This document shows, in pieces, positions 49,056-62,230 of a DNA stretch of 64,000 nt. Position numbers and translations under genes: made by a program. Each line of letters opens with the position of its first letter. Within the stretch, counting starts at the first letter, position 1. Source of the stretch: Octopus vulgaris (taxonomy: Eukaryota); assembly GCA_951406725.2 (NCBI GenBank), contig OX597818.1:96782001-96846000 (forward strand). The letters are read 5' to 3'. Below the pieces are notes generated by a model. The model did no database searches, was not told the origin of the DNA, and saw only the letters and a program-made list of their open reading frames with translations.

Positions 49056-50288
49056 GTAATTTAATCCGTAAGAGTGTGGAAACACTAACAGAAGATGAAG
49101 TTCTCAACCTACAGGTAGCTCTTCGTGTCATGCAGGATGATGCATCCCCAACTGGTTTCCAAGCCATCGCAGCCTACCATGGTGAGCCAGCTGACTGTAA
49201 GGCACCAGATGGAAGTACTGTGGTCTGTTGCTTGCATGGTATGCCAACGTTCCCTCTTTGGCATAGATTGTATCTTGTACAGTTTGAGCAAGCAATGGCC
49301 TCCCATGGTTCCACACTTGGTGTTCCTTACTGGGATTGGACTCAACCAGTGGATCATCTTCCTGAGCTCGTTAGCCATCCTCTTTTTATGGATCCCTCTT
49401 CTCACAAGGCTAAAAAGAACGTCTTCTACTCAGGCGATATCGCATTTGAGCAGAAGGTCACTGCTAGAGCCGTTGATACAAGATTGTTCCAATCTTCAAA
49501 GGGAGGAAAGAACTTCTTATTAGATGGTATTCTCTTAGCTTTAGAGCAAGAAGACTATTGCCATTTCGAAGTTCAGTTTGAAGTTGCTCATAATCCAATC
49601 CACTATCTCGTTGGTGGTCGCTTTGCTCATTCAATGTCTAGTTTGGAGTATACTTCATACGATCCACTCTTCTTCTTGCATCATTCGAACGTTGAACGTC
49701 TGTTTGTTATTTGGCAAGCTCTGCAGAAGCATAGAGGTCTTGACGGTAGTGCCAACTGTGGCTTGAACATGTTCCATAAGCCAATGGAACCGTTTGGTCG
49801 TGACACCAATCCTATTAGTCTTACTAAAGATCACGCCAAGGCTGTTGATTTGTTTGACTACAACGAATTAGGATATGATTATGATGATCTTCACCTCAAT
49901 GGAATGGACATTCCACAGCTAGATACGCTTATGAAAGAACACCAACAGCACCCGAGAGCATTTGCTAATTTCAGATTAGGAGGTATCAAGACCTCTGCCA
50001 ACGTTCGAGTCGCAGTTTGTGTTCCAACCGATGACAAAAGACACAGCGATAACTGCAACAATCATGTCGGTTCTTTCTTTATTCTTGGTGGTGTACATGA
50101 GATGACCTGGAACTTCGGTTATCCCTTCCTCTTTGAGATTACAGATGTTGTCAAATCTCTCGGTGTTCCTTTGGATGGCAACTATTACATTCATGCTGAT
50201 GTTACTGCAATTAATGGCACTCTCTTACCCGATGGCACAATCCCAAGACCGACTGTCACATATATTCCAGCTCATGACTTTAAAGATG
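49056..50288 (+). CDS. Hc: hemocyanin exon 3, functional unit a
   Basis: NLIRKSV..., YHG, CCLHGMPTFPLWHR, HNPIH, LHHSNVER (type-3 copper sites); AG/GT boundaries. Confidence 0.97.
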
Positions 50289-51081
50289 GTAAGTAAAAAT
50301 CATTTATATATTTAGAGAATTTTGAGAATTCTGTTTATATTGCCGTATAAACTGAATCTCCAATTACGATCTAAACATAAAACTGAGTCACCAAATACCT
50401 ATTGGGTTCATCGTCACACCTTAAAATATTTCCAAACGGGAGATTCTTTTCGGATAATACAACTATATCGCATTTTAAATACAGAATAATTAAATCAGGG
50501 TCGTCAGAATAACATCCTTAGGATCTCTTGCTTAAATTTCAGACTTATTTTACAAATAACAGCTGCATTATGAAGTGTATATCTGTCGGTATAATATGGA
50601 ACAATATATATCTTTTGTCATGGAGTTATATAGAAGTGTAGATAAAAAAAACATCAAGTGTAGTATGCATAAATATAAATGATACTGTTTATGAATTCTT
50701 CAACTCATCAAATTTACGATTTCAGTTAAGCACAGTAAAATCATAATAGACATTAAAGTTAGATTTATATAATTGTTACATTTACATCATAATATCATTG
50801 TAAACCATAAGTAACACAGAAATTTAAATATATTCGATTATAAAGTCTGCAAAGAAAGTAGACATATTGTAATCAGTAATGTTTTTGACATAATTGTGTT
50901 TTAATTTTATATCAAGAGAGATAATCTGAGTGTCGACAATATTTCAGGATTCACTCCATCTATTGAAAGTTCAAATTCTTATACTCATTACTAATACATT
51001 TTTATTCTGGCAGATTTATTTTCTTAGAGCAAACTTTGTATTTTGTATTCTTCAATAGTTATCACTTTGACTTTTTTATAG

Positions 51082-51544
51082 CTGATATGGCACCAGTAGA
51101 TAAAACTGGTTTAACCGTCCGTAAAGATCTTCGCAGTTTAACGACAGAGGAAGAGCATGAACTGAGAATTGCCATGGAACGTTTCATGGATGATAAATCC
51201 ATTGACGGTTACCAAGCCTTAGCTGAATTCCATGGTCTTCCAGCGAAATGTCCAGAACCTGATGCTATCAACCGTGTTGCATGCTGTGTTCATGGAATGT
51301 CCACTTTCCCACACTGGCACAGACTTGTAGTCATGCAGTTTGAAGATGCTCTTATTGCCCGTGGATCCCAGATAGGTGTTCCTTATTGGGACTGGACGAA
51401 ACCTAGCTCAGAATTGCCACCTCTGGTTGCTGCTGAAACATATGAAGATCCTTACACAAAAGAAGTAAAACCAAATCCCTTCTTCCATGCACCAGTCGAG
51501 TTTTTGCACAATGATGTCTTTACTAAAAGAAGCGTTGATGCAAG
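51082..51544 (+). CDS. Hc: hemocyanin exon 4, FU-b first part
   Basis: CCVHGMSTFPHWHR; phase-2 donor GTTTGT. Confidence 0.96.
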
Positions 51545-52047
51545 GTTTGTAAATTTTATAATATTCTAAATATTGTATCCTGAAATAGCTTCATTCAAAC
51601 ATTTAAGAATAAACCTCATTTTCCATCTTCTTTCGAAACACACTTTAATTAATAATTAGTAATACAGCGTTTCATCAACAATCACACAGAAACCTTTACG
51701 ATATCTATAGCTACAAAGGTAACAGCTAGGGCCATATGACGTTTTCAAATTTGTAGATCACTTTGAACAAAACATTCCAATTGTATTATTGATGTTATTA
51801 TTTAATACTGAATTTAAATGCTCCTATATCTTTGCGTCTCATTTCCTCATATTAAATAAATACTATTAAGAAACTCATAAAAGATGACGCTAATTTCATT
51901 TTAAATATATGTTAAACTATTTACCGGCAAGATATATAAAGCCCTATATATGTTGTATGAGTTGTATTTTAGTTATTATTCGTATATGAATCTGTATAGA
52001 TTTCATTACTTTCATATTTATGATCTGTTTTCATTCTAATTGATTAG

Positions 52048-52829
52048 ATTGTTTGAGAAACCAACAAAAGGACATCACGGATATCTCTATGACGGTATGA
52101 TGTTAGCCTTCGAAGAAGAAGATTTCTGTGATTTCGAAGTACAGTTCGAAGTTACCCATAATGCAATTCATGCTTGGGTTGGTGGCAATGAACCTTATTC
52201 TATGTCGTCTTTGCATTACACGTCATTTGATCCCCTCTTCTGGCTACATCACTCACAAGTTGATAGATTGTGGGCAGTATGGCAAGCATTGCAGATCCAT
52301 CGTGGAAAACCCTACAAACCATACTGCGCTCTTTCAGAGGTCCATCGTCCTTTGAAACCATTTGCCTTTGAACCACCACTGAATAACAACAAACATACAT
52401 ATCGCCACGCAGTACCAACAGAGGTTTATGATTATCAGTCAGACCTTCATTACACTTATGATACGCTCTTCTTCGGAGGAATGTCCGTTAGAGAGCTTCA
52501 GAGACATATCGAAGAAGACAAGGCTAAAGATCGTGTGTTCGTTGGCTTCCTTTTGATGGGTATCAAAACATCAGCAAATGTTGACATCACTGTCGACAGT
52601 GCAGGTAACACATACAATGCTGGATCAATAACAATCCTTGGAGGCAGCAAAGAGATGGAATGGAGATTTGATCGACTTTACAAGTATGAAATTACTGGAT
52701 CACTAGCTGAACTTGGTCTAGATATGCGCGCTGATTATAGCATAACCTTACATATTACCGATATCAATGGAACAGCTCTTCCATCCACCGCAATTCCAGA
52801 TCCAATTGTGATATTCACTCCAGGAAAAA
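52048..52829 (+). CDS. Hc: hemocyanin exon 5, FU-b second part
   Basis: HNAIH, LHHSQVDR; frame-consistent splice. Confidence 0.96.
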
Positions 52830-53038
52830 GTAAGTGCTCTGAAATGTCTTCTCATTCTTGATTTATTCATAAAAATATATTCTAAATATCAAACTAGATA
52901 TAAACTGTATTCACCACACTCACTCGTTTTTATTATAATTTGATTTTGTTAATAACATTCTCATTGAAGTTAATTTTAATTTCATAAACATAACAGGTTC
53001 AAGAATCTCATGACGATTTTGTTTTGGATTTTTTTCAG

Positions 53039-54280
53039 AGGAATCAGACGTTGTCTTTGACGAATTATATCGTTCCAGACGAGACGTTTCTTCATTGACC
53101 CATGCAGATATGAATACACTGAGGAAGGCTTTACAAGCTTACGAAGACGATAAAAGTCCCAATGGATATCAGCAAGTAGCTGCTTTCCACGGTTCCACAC
53201 AATGGTGTCCTAGCCCTGATGCTGCAGTCAAATATGCTTGCTGTCACCACGGAATGGCAACATTCCCTCATTGGCATAGATTGCTGACAATCAACTTTGA
53301 AAACGGTCTGCGAAGAAATGGTTATCAAAATGGTATTCCTTACTGGGATTGGACTCGCCCGATTTCGGAACTGCCTGCTCTGGTAAAAGAAGAAACATAT
53401 CTTGATGAAAATGGGGAAGCTCACCCGAATCCATTCTTTAGTGGCGTTATTGATGAAGCTGGTGCTCAAACCACCCGAGCTCCTAATCCAGAGCTATTTG
53501 TTCAACCTCCTTTCGGAGAATTCACTCCCTTGGCAAATGAAGTTATGTACGCTTTAGAACAAGAAGACTTTTGTTCGTTCGAAGTACAATTCGAAATTGC
53601 TCATAATCACATCCATGCACTTGTTGGAGGTGGAGAGCAGTATTCTATGTCATCACTTGAATACACAGCCTACGATCCTCTTTTCATACTTCACCATTCA
53701 AATGTTGATAGAGTTTGGGCCATTTGGCAAGCTCTGCAAAAGTTCCGAGGACATCGATACAACAGTGCTAACTGTGCTATTGAAACTCTACGTAAACCAA
53801 TGTCTCCTTTTAGTCTCACCAGTGACATCAATGTTGATTCAATGACTCGAGAACATTCAGTTCCTTTTGATGTGTTTGATTACAAGAAGAATTTCCATTA
53901 CGAATATGATGTTCTCGAAATAAATGGATTATCTATTCCAAAGTTACACAGAGAAATTAACAGACGTCGTATGAAGGGTCGCGTTTTCGCTACTTTTATG
54001 CTCGAAGGTATTAAACAGTCTGCATTAGTTGAATACTATATCAGGGCTCATGGTGCTACTGATCAGGTGAAAGCTGGAGAATTTTATGTTCTGGGTAGTG
54101 CTAACGAAATGCCTTGGAAATTTGACCGAGTTTACAAAGCTGATATCACGAAGCAGATGAAGGAAGCACATCTACATTATAACGACCAATATCACATCGA
54201 ATATCACGTGAAAGACTTGGCTGGAGCTGAAATAGCCGATGTTAATCTTGAACCTGCAATTGTCTACGAACCAGGTCTTG
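53039..54280 (+). CDS. Hc: hemocyanin exon 6, FU-c
   Basis: CCHHGMATFPHWHR, HNHIH, LHHSNVDR. Confidence 0.97.
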
Positions 54281-54454
54281 GTAAGTATCCATTATTAACT
54301 GTAGAAGTAAAAAAAATTAATGATATAAGTTATTTTTCTCGAACGTTTATGTTTTATCATTAATTCCTTATATTAAGAAAATATTAATATAAAATACGAA
54401 ATACAACAAAAACATTTAACTAATTCAGTTAACCAATTTTCTTATTTTCTACAG

Positions 54455-55702
54455 GTGATTTCGGCGAGGTGGGTGTATGGGTTGAACCTGTAACCAGTGC
54501 AAACCGAATTAGAAAGAATCTCAACAGTCTTAATACCGGCCATATCGAATCACTGAGAAATGCTTTCAAAGATATGACAACTGATGGTAGATACGAAGAA
54601 ATTGCCGCATTCCACGGATTGCCGGCTCAGTGTCCTAACAAAGATGGTAGTAAAGTATATACATGTTGTATTCATGGTATGCCAACTTTTCCACACTGGC
54701 ATAGATTATATGTTGCTCTAGTAGAGAACGAATTATTAGCCAGAGGTTCCGGTGTAGCTGTACCTTATTGGGATTGGATACAACCATTTGATCAACTTCC
54801 AGCTTTGGTCAATGAAGCCACTTACTACAATTCAAGAACGCTTCACATCGAACCAAATCCATTCTTTAAAGGAAAGATTTCTTTCTTAAATACAGAAACC
54901 AATCGAGATCCACAACCTAAATTATTTGGTAACAAATACCTTTATGAACACACACTTTTCGTCTTGGAACAGACTGACTTCTGTGAGTTTGAAGTCCACT
55001 TTGAAGTACTTCACAATACTATCCACTCGTGGCTCGGTGGCCGTGATCCTCACTCTATGTCGTCGCTGGATTTTACAGCTTATGATCCAATCTTCTTCCT
55101 TCATCATAGTAATGTTGATAGGATATGGGCAATTTGGCAAGAATTACAACGTTACCGAAAGCTACCTTACAATGAAGCTAATTGCGCATTGCCTCTGCTT
55201 AATGTACCTATGCGTCCATTCAGTAACACTACTGCAAATCATGATCGGATTACACTCACTCATAGCACTCCAAATGATGTCTTTGACTATCAAAATGTTT
55301 TACACTACAAATATGACACTTTGACTTTCTTTGATCTCACTATTACCCAGTTGGAACATCTTATTGAAGAGAGAAAGGCTCATGACAGGATTTTTGCTGG
55401 ATTCTTGCTTCATGGTGTCAAAGCTTCGGCTGACGTACACATTTACATTTGTGTACCTACTTCTAAGCATGAAGAAAACTGTGCTCACGAAGCTGGTGTC
55501 TTCTCTGTCTTGGGAGGAGAGTCCGAAATGCCATGGCAATTTGACCGTACCTTCCGATATGAAATAACAGATCAGCTGAAGTTGTTAGGTCTCAACCAAA
55601 ACAGCCATTTCCGTGTTAAAACTGAAGTCACAGCTGTCAATGGATCATCAATCCATGCTAAAATTTTCCCACATGCAACTATTATATACGTTCCAAAACA
55701 AG
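54455..55702 (+). CDS. Hc: hemocyanin exon 7, FU-d
   Basis: CCIHGMPTFPHWHR, HNTIH, LHHSNVDR. Confidence 0.97.
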
Positions 55703-56104
55703 GTAAGAGATTTTTTTTTTCTATTTTTATTCCATTTCCATTTTTATTCCAATCTCAAGCACAGAATGCGACGGCTTATTGTTCTGATGGCATTTGCAGC
55801 TGTTTGAGTCAACAGAAAATTCATTATTCACCCAGTAACCTAGCATAGTTTTTCATGACTAAGATCATTACGAGCTAACGAGGCACTTCTCAGTTTTTCC
55901 CCCCTTTGATCTCTCCTTAGAGTTATGTATTATATGGCAGTTAGGCAGTTGCTAATTTTTCAATTCGTTTTAAGAAAGTTTATAAGACGGAGTGAGAAAA
56001 TACAGCACACGGTCTCACATTTCATGTCAAGGGATAAGCTGCATAATATGTTGATTTGGGTCTACATAACAAGTAACAATAACTCTATTCCAATATCTTT
56101 TCAG

Positions 56105-57123
56105 GTCATTTAGCTGACTTCAAACATGAAGAAAGCAATGGACATCTTGTACGAAAGAATGTTGAACGACTCTCTTTGTCTGAAATGAATTCATTGGTAC
56201 ATGCTCTCAAAAGAATGCAGAAAGACAAGTCATCTGACGGTTTTGAAGCAATCGCATCATTCCATGCTCTGCCTCCTCTTTGCCCAAATCCGACTGCCAA
56301 ACATAGACACGCTTGTTGTCTTCATGGTATGGCTACGTTCCCTCACTGGCACAGGCTCTTCGTCGTTCAGTTTGAACAAGCTTTACATAGACATGGAGCT
56401 ACAGTTGGTGTTCCTTATTGGGATTGGACCCGTCCTATTTCAGAGATTCCTGCTTTTATAGCCTCTGAGATGTATTCTGACCCTTTCACTAAGATAGAAT
56501 CGCATAACCCATTTAATCATGGTCATATTTCTTTCATCAGTGAAGACACTATTACGAAACGTGATGTCAGCAAATATTTGTACGAACATCCTGTATTGGG
56601 AAAACAGACATGGCTCTTTGATAACATCGCTTTAGCTTTGGAACAGACTGATTATTGTGATTTCGAAATACAATTAGAGATTGTTCACAATGCCATTCAC
56701 TCTTGGATCGGTGGAAAAGAAGAACTTTCCTTGAACCATTTGCATTATGCAGCCTATGATCCATTATTTTTCCTACATCATTCTAATGTCGATAGATTGT
56801 GGGTTATTTGGCAAGAACTGCAGAAGCTGAGGGGTCTCAGTGCCTATGAATCCCATTGTGCTCTTGAGCTTATGAAAGTCCCATTGAAACCGTTCTCCTT
56901 CGGAGCCCCTTACAATTTGAATGCACACACCACAAAATTGTCCAAACCTGAAGACATGTTCAGATACAAAGACAACTTCCATTATGAATACGACATCCTA
57001 GATACTAACAGTATGTCTATTGATCAGATAGAGGCATATATCAGACACCAAAGAGAACACGATCGTGTTTTTGCTGGCTTTTTGTTGAGTGGATTTGGTT
57101 CATCAGCATATGCAACATTTGAG
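56105..57123 (+). CDS. Hc: hemocyanin exon 8, FU-e first part
   Basis: CCLHGMATFPHWHR, HNAIH, LHHSNVDR; phase-0 donor. Confidence 0.96.
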
Positions 57124-57334
57124 GTAAGTATAGAGACAAATCTTATTATTTATCGAAAGAATTCTAAAACAATATCAGGTTTCTAAAATTATTTGCCAAA
57201 ACCTTATTTCAAGAAGTGCATTAAAATAAATTTTAGAGAATATAAAAGATTAAAGAAATTACTGAATACTGTAACACCTCCCTTTCTCAATTTTATATTT
57301 AGATTCCAATTTCGGATATCTAAAGTGTAATATA

Positions 57335-58670
57335 CAGGGTTGTCCAAAAGTAGGTGGACAATAAATTATAACATTTATTTTGAGATTACATATACAATTA
57401 TATTTACTAATACAATTATTACATTGACAATCAAATTTTATTGCGTACAATAATACAAAAGCGATTAAATTTTATCAACGCAGGCATTCAAACTTTTGTC
57501 TATCACAATTTACACAGTTTTGAAGTCTATTTCTTACGTTTCGACAAACACTTTTGCACAAGTCTCTTTGTGTATTAGTTACTTGAGATGCATCTCTTAT
57601 GTAAGTTTTCAAATAATTACTACTTCTTGGTTTTCGACTATAGACCTTGTCCTTGAGCACTTTCCCAAAAAAGAAATCAATTGGGGTCAAGTCAGGTGAA
57701 TATCCCTGCCAATCAATTGGCCAGTCCATTTCACAGGAAATGTTTCGTCAAGATACTCACAGACTTCTCTTGAATAGTGTGGAGAGGCCATATGTTGGAA
57801 ATAAAGGTCATGTGAATTAGACTGTTGTTTTCACTGTGGAGCAACTTGATTCATTAGAATTTTGAGATACTTATCGCCTGTGACTGTTCCATCCAAAAAT
57901 ATGGATCCTAAAACACAAGAACTTGAAATACTACCCCAAACCGTGACACCAGACTGGTTTATATGTTGCTCTAATGTTAATTGCATATTCCCACAATACC
58001 AATAATTATAATTGAGTCTGTTAATTTGACCGTATAATTTGAAAGAAGGTTCATCGGTCCGCACAATGTTACCTATTATTGGATTTTCTTCAATACCATT
58101 CATCTTTATCTCACTACAATGCTGTCGCCTGTCTGGGTCATCCTCTAATATGCCATGAAATAACCGTGGACGATAAGCTTTCAGCCTAAAAGATTTCAGG
58201 ATCCGAATAATAGAGGATCGTGAAATGCTCAATTCCAAAGAGGTTCACCTGGTGAACTTTTTTAGACTGCGAACAAATGCTTCAGCGACAAGTTGCTTAT
58301 GATCCTCTCTTCAGACTGTTTTGGGTCGACCAGTTTTTAGAGCATTAAGAATTGAGCCAGTAGCATCGAATTTCTCATGAATGCGTTAAATAGTTTGTCT
58401 CTGTGAAGCTTAAGTACTAAATGTTTCAACCCATTTTGTTAACGGTTTCAGCATTTCGAGATTTCCAATACTCTTTTAACACCCATTTTCTTTCATCAGT
58501 ATTTAAATTATTTGCAATTACGAGTTCTATGAATTATCTTTAAAAAAAAAACAGATTAATTTAGTTAAATTTAGTTATAAAATATAAAGAATATATTACA
58601 GAAATAACATTGTTATAACCGATACACAAACCTATTCGACCTACTGTCCACCTACTTTCGGACCACCCTG
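57335..58670 (-). mobile_element. full-length degenerate Tc1/mariner (DD41D-like) element in the FU-e internal intron
   Basis: 26-bp TIRs CAGGGTTGTCCAAAAGTAGGTGGACA (2 mismatches), TA TSDs; minus-strand TDEPSFKL, VTVWGSIS, YSPDLTPIDFF. Confidence 0.92.
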
Positions 58671-58818
58671 TATAAATGAATATTCAAATAATTATTCCAC
58701 ATTTTTCTTAAATGAATAATGTAATATAATTATTAGTACGTCTTAGGTAAATTAATGACCTGAGTACGTAAATATATAAAGAGTGTATATATTTCGTCTC
58801 ACTTTTAATATATTTTAG

Positions 58819-59059
58819 ATCTGCGTTGAAGGAGGAGAATGTCACGAAGGAAGTCACTTTGCTGTGCTTGGAGGCAGTACAGAAATGCCATGGGCCTTTG
58901 ACCGTCTCTATAAGATAGAAATTACTGATGTTCTTGCTAATAATAATTTAGCTTTCGATTCACCTTTCACAATTAAGACGAAAATAGTTGCTCAAAACGG
59001 AACCGAATTGCCAGCAGGCATTCTTCCTGAAGCAACTGTAGTAAGGATCCCACCAGCCA
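58819..59059 (+). CDS. Hc: hemocyanin exon 9, FU-e second part
   Basis: ICVEGGECHEGSHFAVLGGSTEMPWAFDR. Confidence 0.95.
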
Positions 59060-59159
59060 GTAAGTATCTTTGCTTCCTATAATATATAAATTCAAATATT
59101 TATGCATAAACAGGTCGACATTTCACACTAATTTTCTATTCTTTCAATTATCTTTTCAG

Positions 59160-59818
59160 AGAAAGACATCGATGTTGACATTCCACTAAATCATATCCGA
59201 CGAAATGTTGATTCTTTGGACGAAAGAGATATCCAGAATCTTATGGCAGCACTTACACGTGTTAAGGAAGACAAAAGTGACCATGGATTCCAGACTATCG
59301 CTAGTTATCATGGTTCAACGATGTGTCCTAGTCCAGATGACCCAAAATATGCCTGTTGCCTACATGGAATGCCAGTCTTCCCACATTGGCATCGTGTTTA
59401 TTTGTTACATTTTGAAGATTCTATGCGCCGACATGGCTCCAGTGTTGCCACTCCTTATTGGGACTGGACAGATAAGCTTACGAAACTGCCCAGACTTTTA
59501 GGAGATCCTGACTACTATGATGCTTGGACTGATAACGTAATCGAGAATCCTTTCCTTAGAGGCTACATTGAACATGAAGACACCTACACAGTCAGAGACA
59601 TAAGACCGGAACTATTTGAAATCAGTGGAGGAGAGGGATCTACACTTTACAGACAAGTACTTCTCATGCTTGAACAAGAAGACTATTGCGACTTCGAAGT
59701 GCAATTTGAAGTTGTTCATAACTCTATTCACTATCTTGTTGGTGGTCACCAGAAATATGCCATGTCCAGTTTGGTTTATAGTTCCTTTGATCCTCTCTTC
59801 TACATTCATCATTCAATG
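59160..59818 (+). CDS. Hc: hemocyanin exon 10, FU-f first part
   Basis: CCLHGMPVFPHWHR, HNSIH, IHHSM; phase-0 donor. Confidence 0.96.
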
Positions 59819-60146
59819 GTAAATAGCAAATAATTCATATATTTACCTTCATTTCTAATAATATTGTCTTTCTTTCCATAGTTTTCAAAATTATAATATT
59901 ATGAAGTAAAATTAAATCTTCTTTCATCATGCTACTTCTGCAAAGATCAACATCTTCTAACAGTCTTTCGTATATTTCAGTCAGTTGGAACGAATATATT
60001 TTATAAATAGCTTTCTTGATTCACTTTGTTATTTCATCACATATTTTGGTGACGTTTTAAGTGATTTTCATCGTGTAAAGATCATTGTATCATTGTTCCG
60101 CCATAGAAGGACGTTTTTCCTATCTTTTCTTTCTCATTAAATTCAG

Positions 60147-60729
60147 GTTGATCGTCTCTGGGCTATTTGGCAAGCTCTCCAGGAACACAGAAAATTACCT
60201 TATGATAAAGCTTACTGTGCCCTAGAGCAACTGTCATTCCCGATGAAGCCGTTTTCTTGGGAAACCAACCCGAATCTACATACACGAGCTGCGGCAACAC
60301 CACAGCATCTATTTAACTACCATAAACTTGGTTATAAATATGATAATCTTGACTTCCATGGAATGGATATTGATCAATTGGAGAAGACTATTCATAAACA
60401 CCAGAACACAGACAGAGTTTTTGCTTCATTCTTACTTTTTGGCATCAAAACTTCAGCTGATGTCCATTTGAAACTCTGCAACGACACAACTTGTGAAGAC
60501 GCTGGTGTGGTCTTTGTACTTGGTGGCGACAATGAAATGCCATGGCATTTTGATAGAACATACAAGATGGATATTACTCATGTTATCCATAAAATGCATA
60601 TTCCTCTGGAAGACCTGTACGTTCACGGAAGTACTATTCACCTTGAAGTTGTAATTGAAACAGTTGATGGAAAAGTATTAGATTCCAGTTCTTTACCTAC
60701 TCCTACAATGATATATGTCCCAGCTAGAG
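60147..60729 (+). CDS. Hc: hemocyanin exon 11, FU-f second part
   Basis: VDRLWAIWQ...LGGDNEMPWHFDR. Confidence 0.96.
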
Positions 60730-60910
60730 GTTTGTTGAATATTGTATTCTCTTTCTAACCTTTTTCTCTTCTCTTTAACTTTACGTCAAATATCAAGTTA
60801 TTTTTGTCAGTTGACTGTTAAAACTGTTACCGTCTAAGTTTGTCCATTTGTTCATATATTTCGACGAATCCATTGTTCAAAACAGGTATTCATTTTTTGT
60901 TCTTCTACAG

Positions 60911-62130
60911 ATTTCAAGAAAGAGGTACACAAGATAGCCGCAGAAGGTGCCATAATCAGGAAGAATGTCAATAGTTTGACTCCAACTGACATCAAAGACC
61001 TAAGAGACGCCTTAGCTAAAGTACAAGCTGACTCTTCTGACAATGGTTACCAGAAAATCGCTTCTTATCACGGAATACCTCTCAGTTGTCATTATCCCAA
61101 CGGCACAGCTTACGCATGTTGTCAACATGGAATGGTAACTTTCCCTCACTGGCATAGATTGTTAGTTAAACAAATGGAAGACGCTTTAGTTGCTCATGGT
61201 TCTCACATTGGTATTCCCTACTGGGACTGGACAACTACTTTCGCTAATTTACCTGTACTGGTCACTGAGAAGGAAAACAACCCCTTCCACCATGCTCATA
61301 TTGATGTTGTCAATAAAGATACAACCAGAGCACCGAGAGCTCAACTTTTTGATGATCCAGAAAAAGGAGATAAATCATTCTTCTACCGCCAGATAGCACT
61401 TGCTCTGGAACAAACAGATTTCTGTGATTTTGAAATCCAGTTCGAAATCGGCCATAATGCTATCCATTCTTGGGTTGGAGGTAGTAGTCAATATGGTATG
61501 TCAACCCTTCACTATACTTCCTATGATCCTCTCTTCTACCTTCATCACTCCAATACTGACCGTATTTGGGCTGTATGGCAAGCATTGCAGAAGTATCGAG
61601 GATTGCCTTACAATTCTGCCAACTGTGAAATCAATAAACTTGCTAAGCCACTGAAGCCGTTCAACTTGGATAGCAATCATAACGCTGTTACAAAGGCTCA
61701 TTCAACTGGCAAAACAACGTTCAATTACCATGATCTTGGTTATGATTATGACAATCTTAATTTCCATGGTATGACCATTCCTGAATTGGAAGAACACCTT
61801 AAAGAAATACAACATGAAGACAGAGTATTTGCTGGTTTCTTACTTCGTACCATTGGTCAATCTGCTGACGTCAATTTCGATATCTGCACCAAAGATGGTG
61901 ATTGTGCGTTTGGAGGTACGTTCTGTATTCTCGGTGGAGAACATGAGATGTTCTGGGCATTTGACCGTCTTTTTAAATATGATATCACCACAAGTCTGAA
62001 ACATTTGCGTTTAGATGCTCATGATGATTTCGATATAAAGGTTACTATTAAAAGTATCGATGGTCATACTTTACCAAATAGCTATCTCACCCCTCCGACG
62101 GTTTTCTTCGTTCCGGCCAAAGGACACTAG
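60911..62130 (+). CDS. Hc: hemocyanin exon 12, FU-g and stop
   Basis: AIIRKNVNSLTP..., CCQHGMVTFPHWHR, HNAIH, LHHSNTDR; TAG at 62128-62130; no FU-h. Confidence 0.97.
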
Positions 62131-62224
62131 AATTTATTCTGCTTCTTTATATGATCTTTGAACGAATTAACTGGGAGAGATTTACTACTTGGCAATGAAA
62201 TATTTTTTTGCTGCATTTTCATTC

Positions 62225-62230
62225 AATAAA
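62225..62230 (+). terminator. polyadenylation signal
   Basis: AATAAA 95 nt after the stop, followed by T/GT-rich sequence. Confidence 0.65.

Noticed and set aside
49109-61999. Short overlapping or antisense ORFs within hemocyanin exons
   Set aside because: Shadow frames of the real CDS, with no independent motifs
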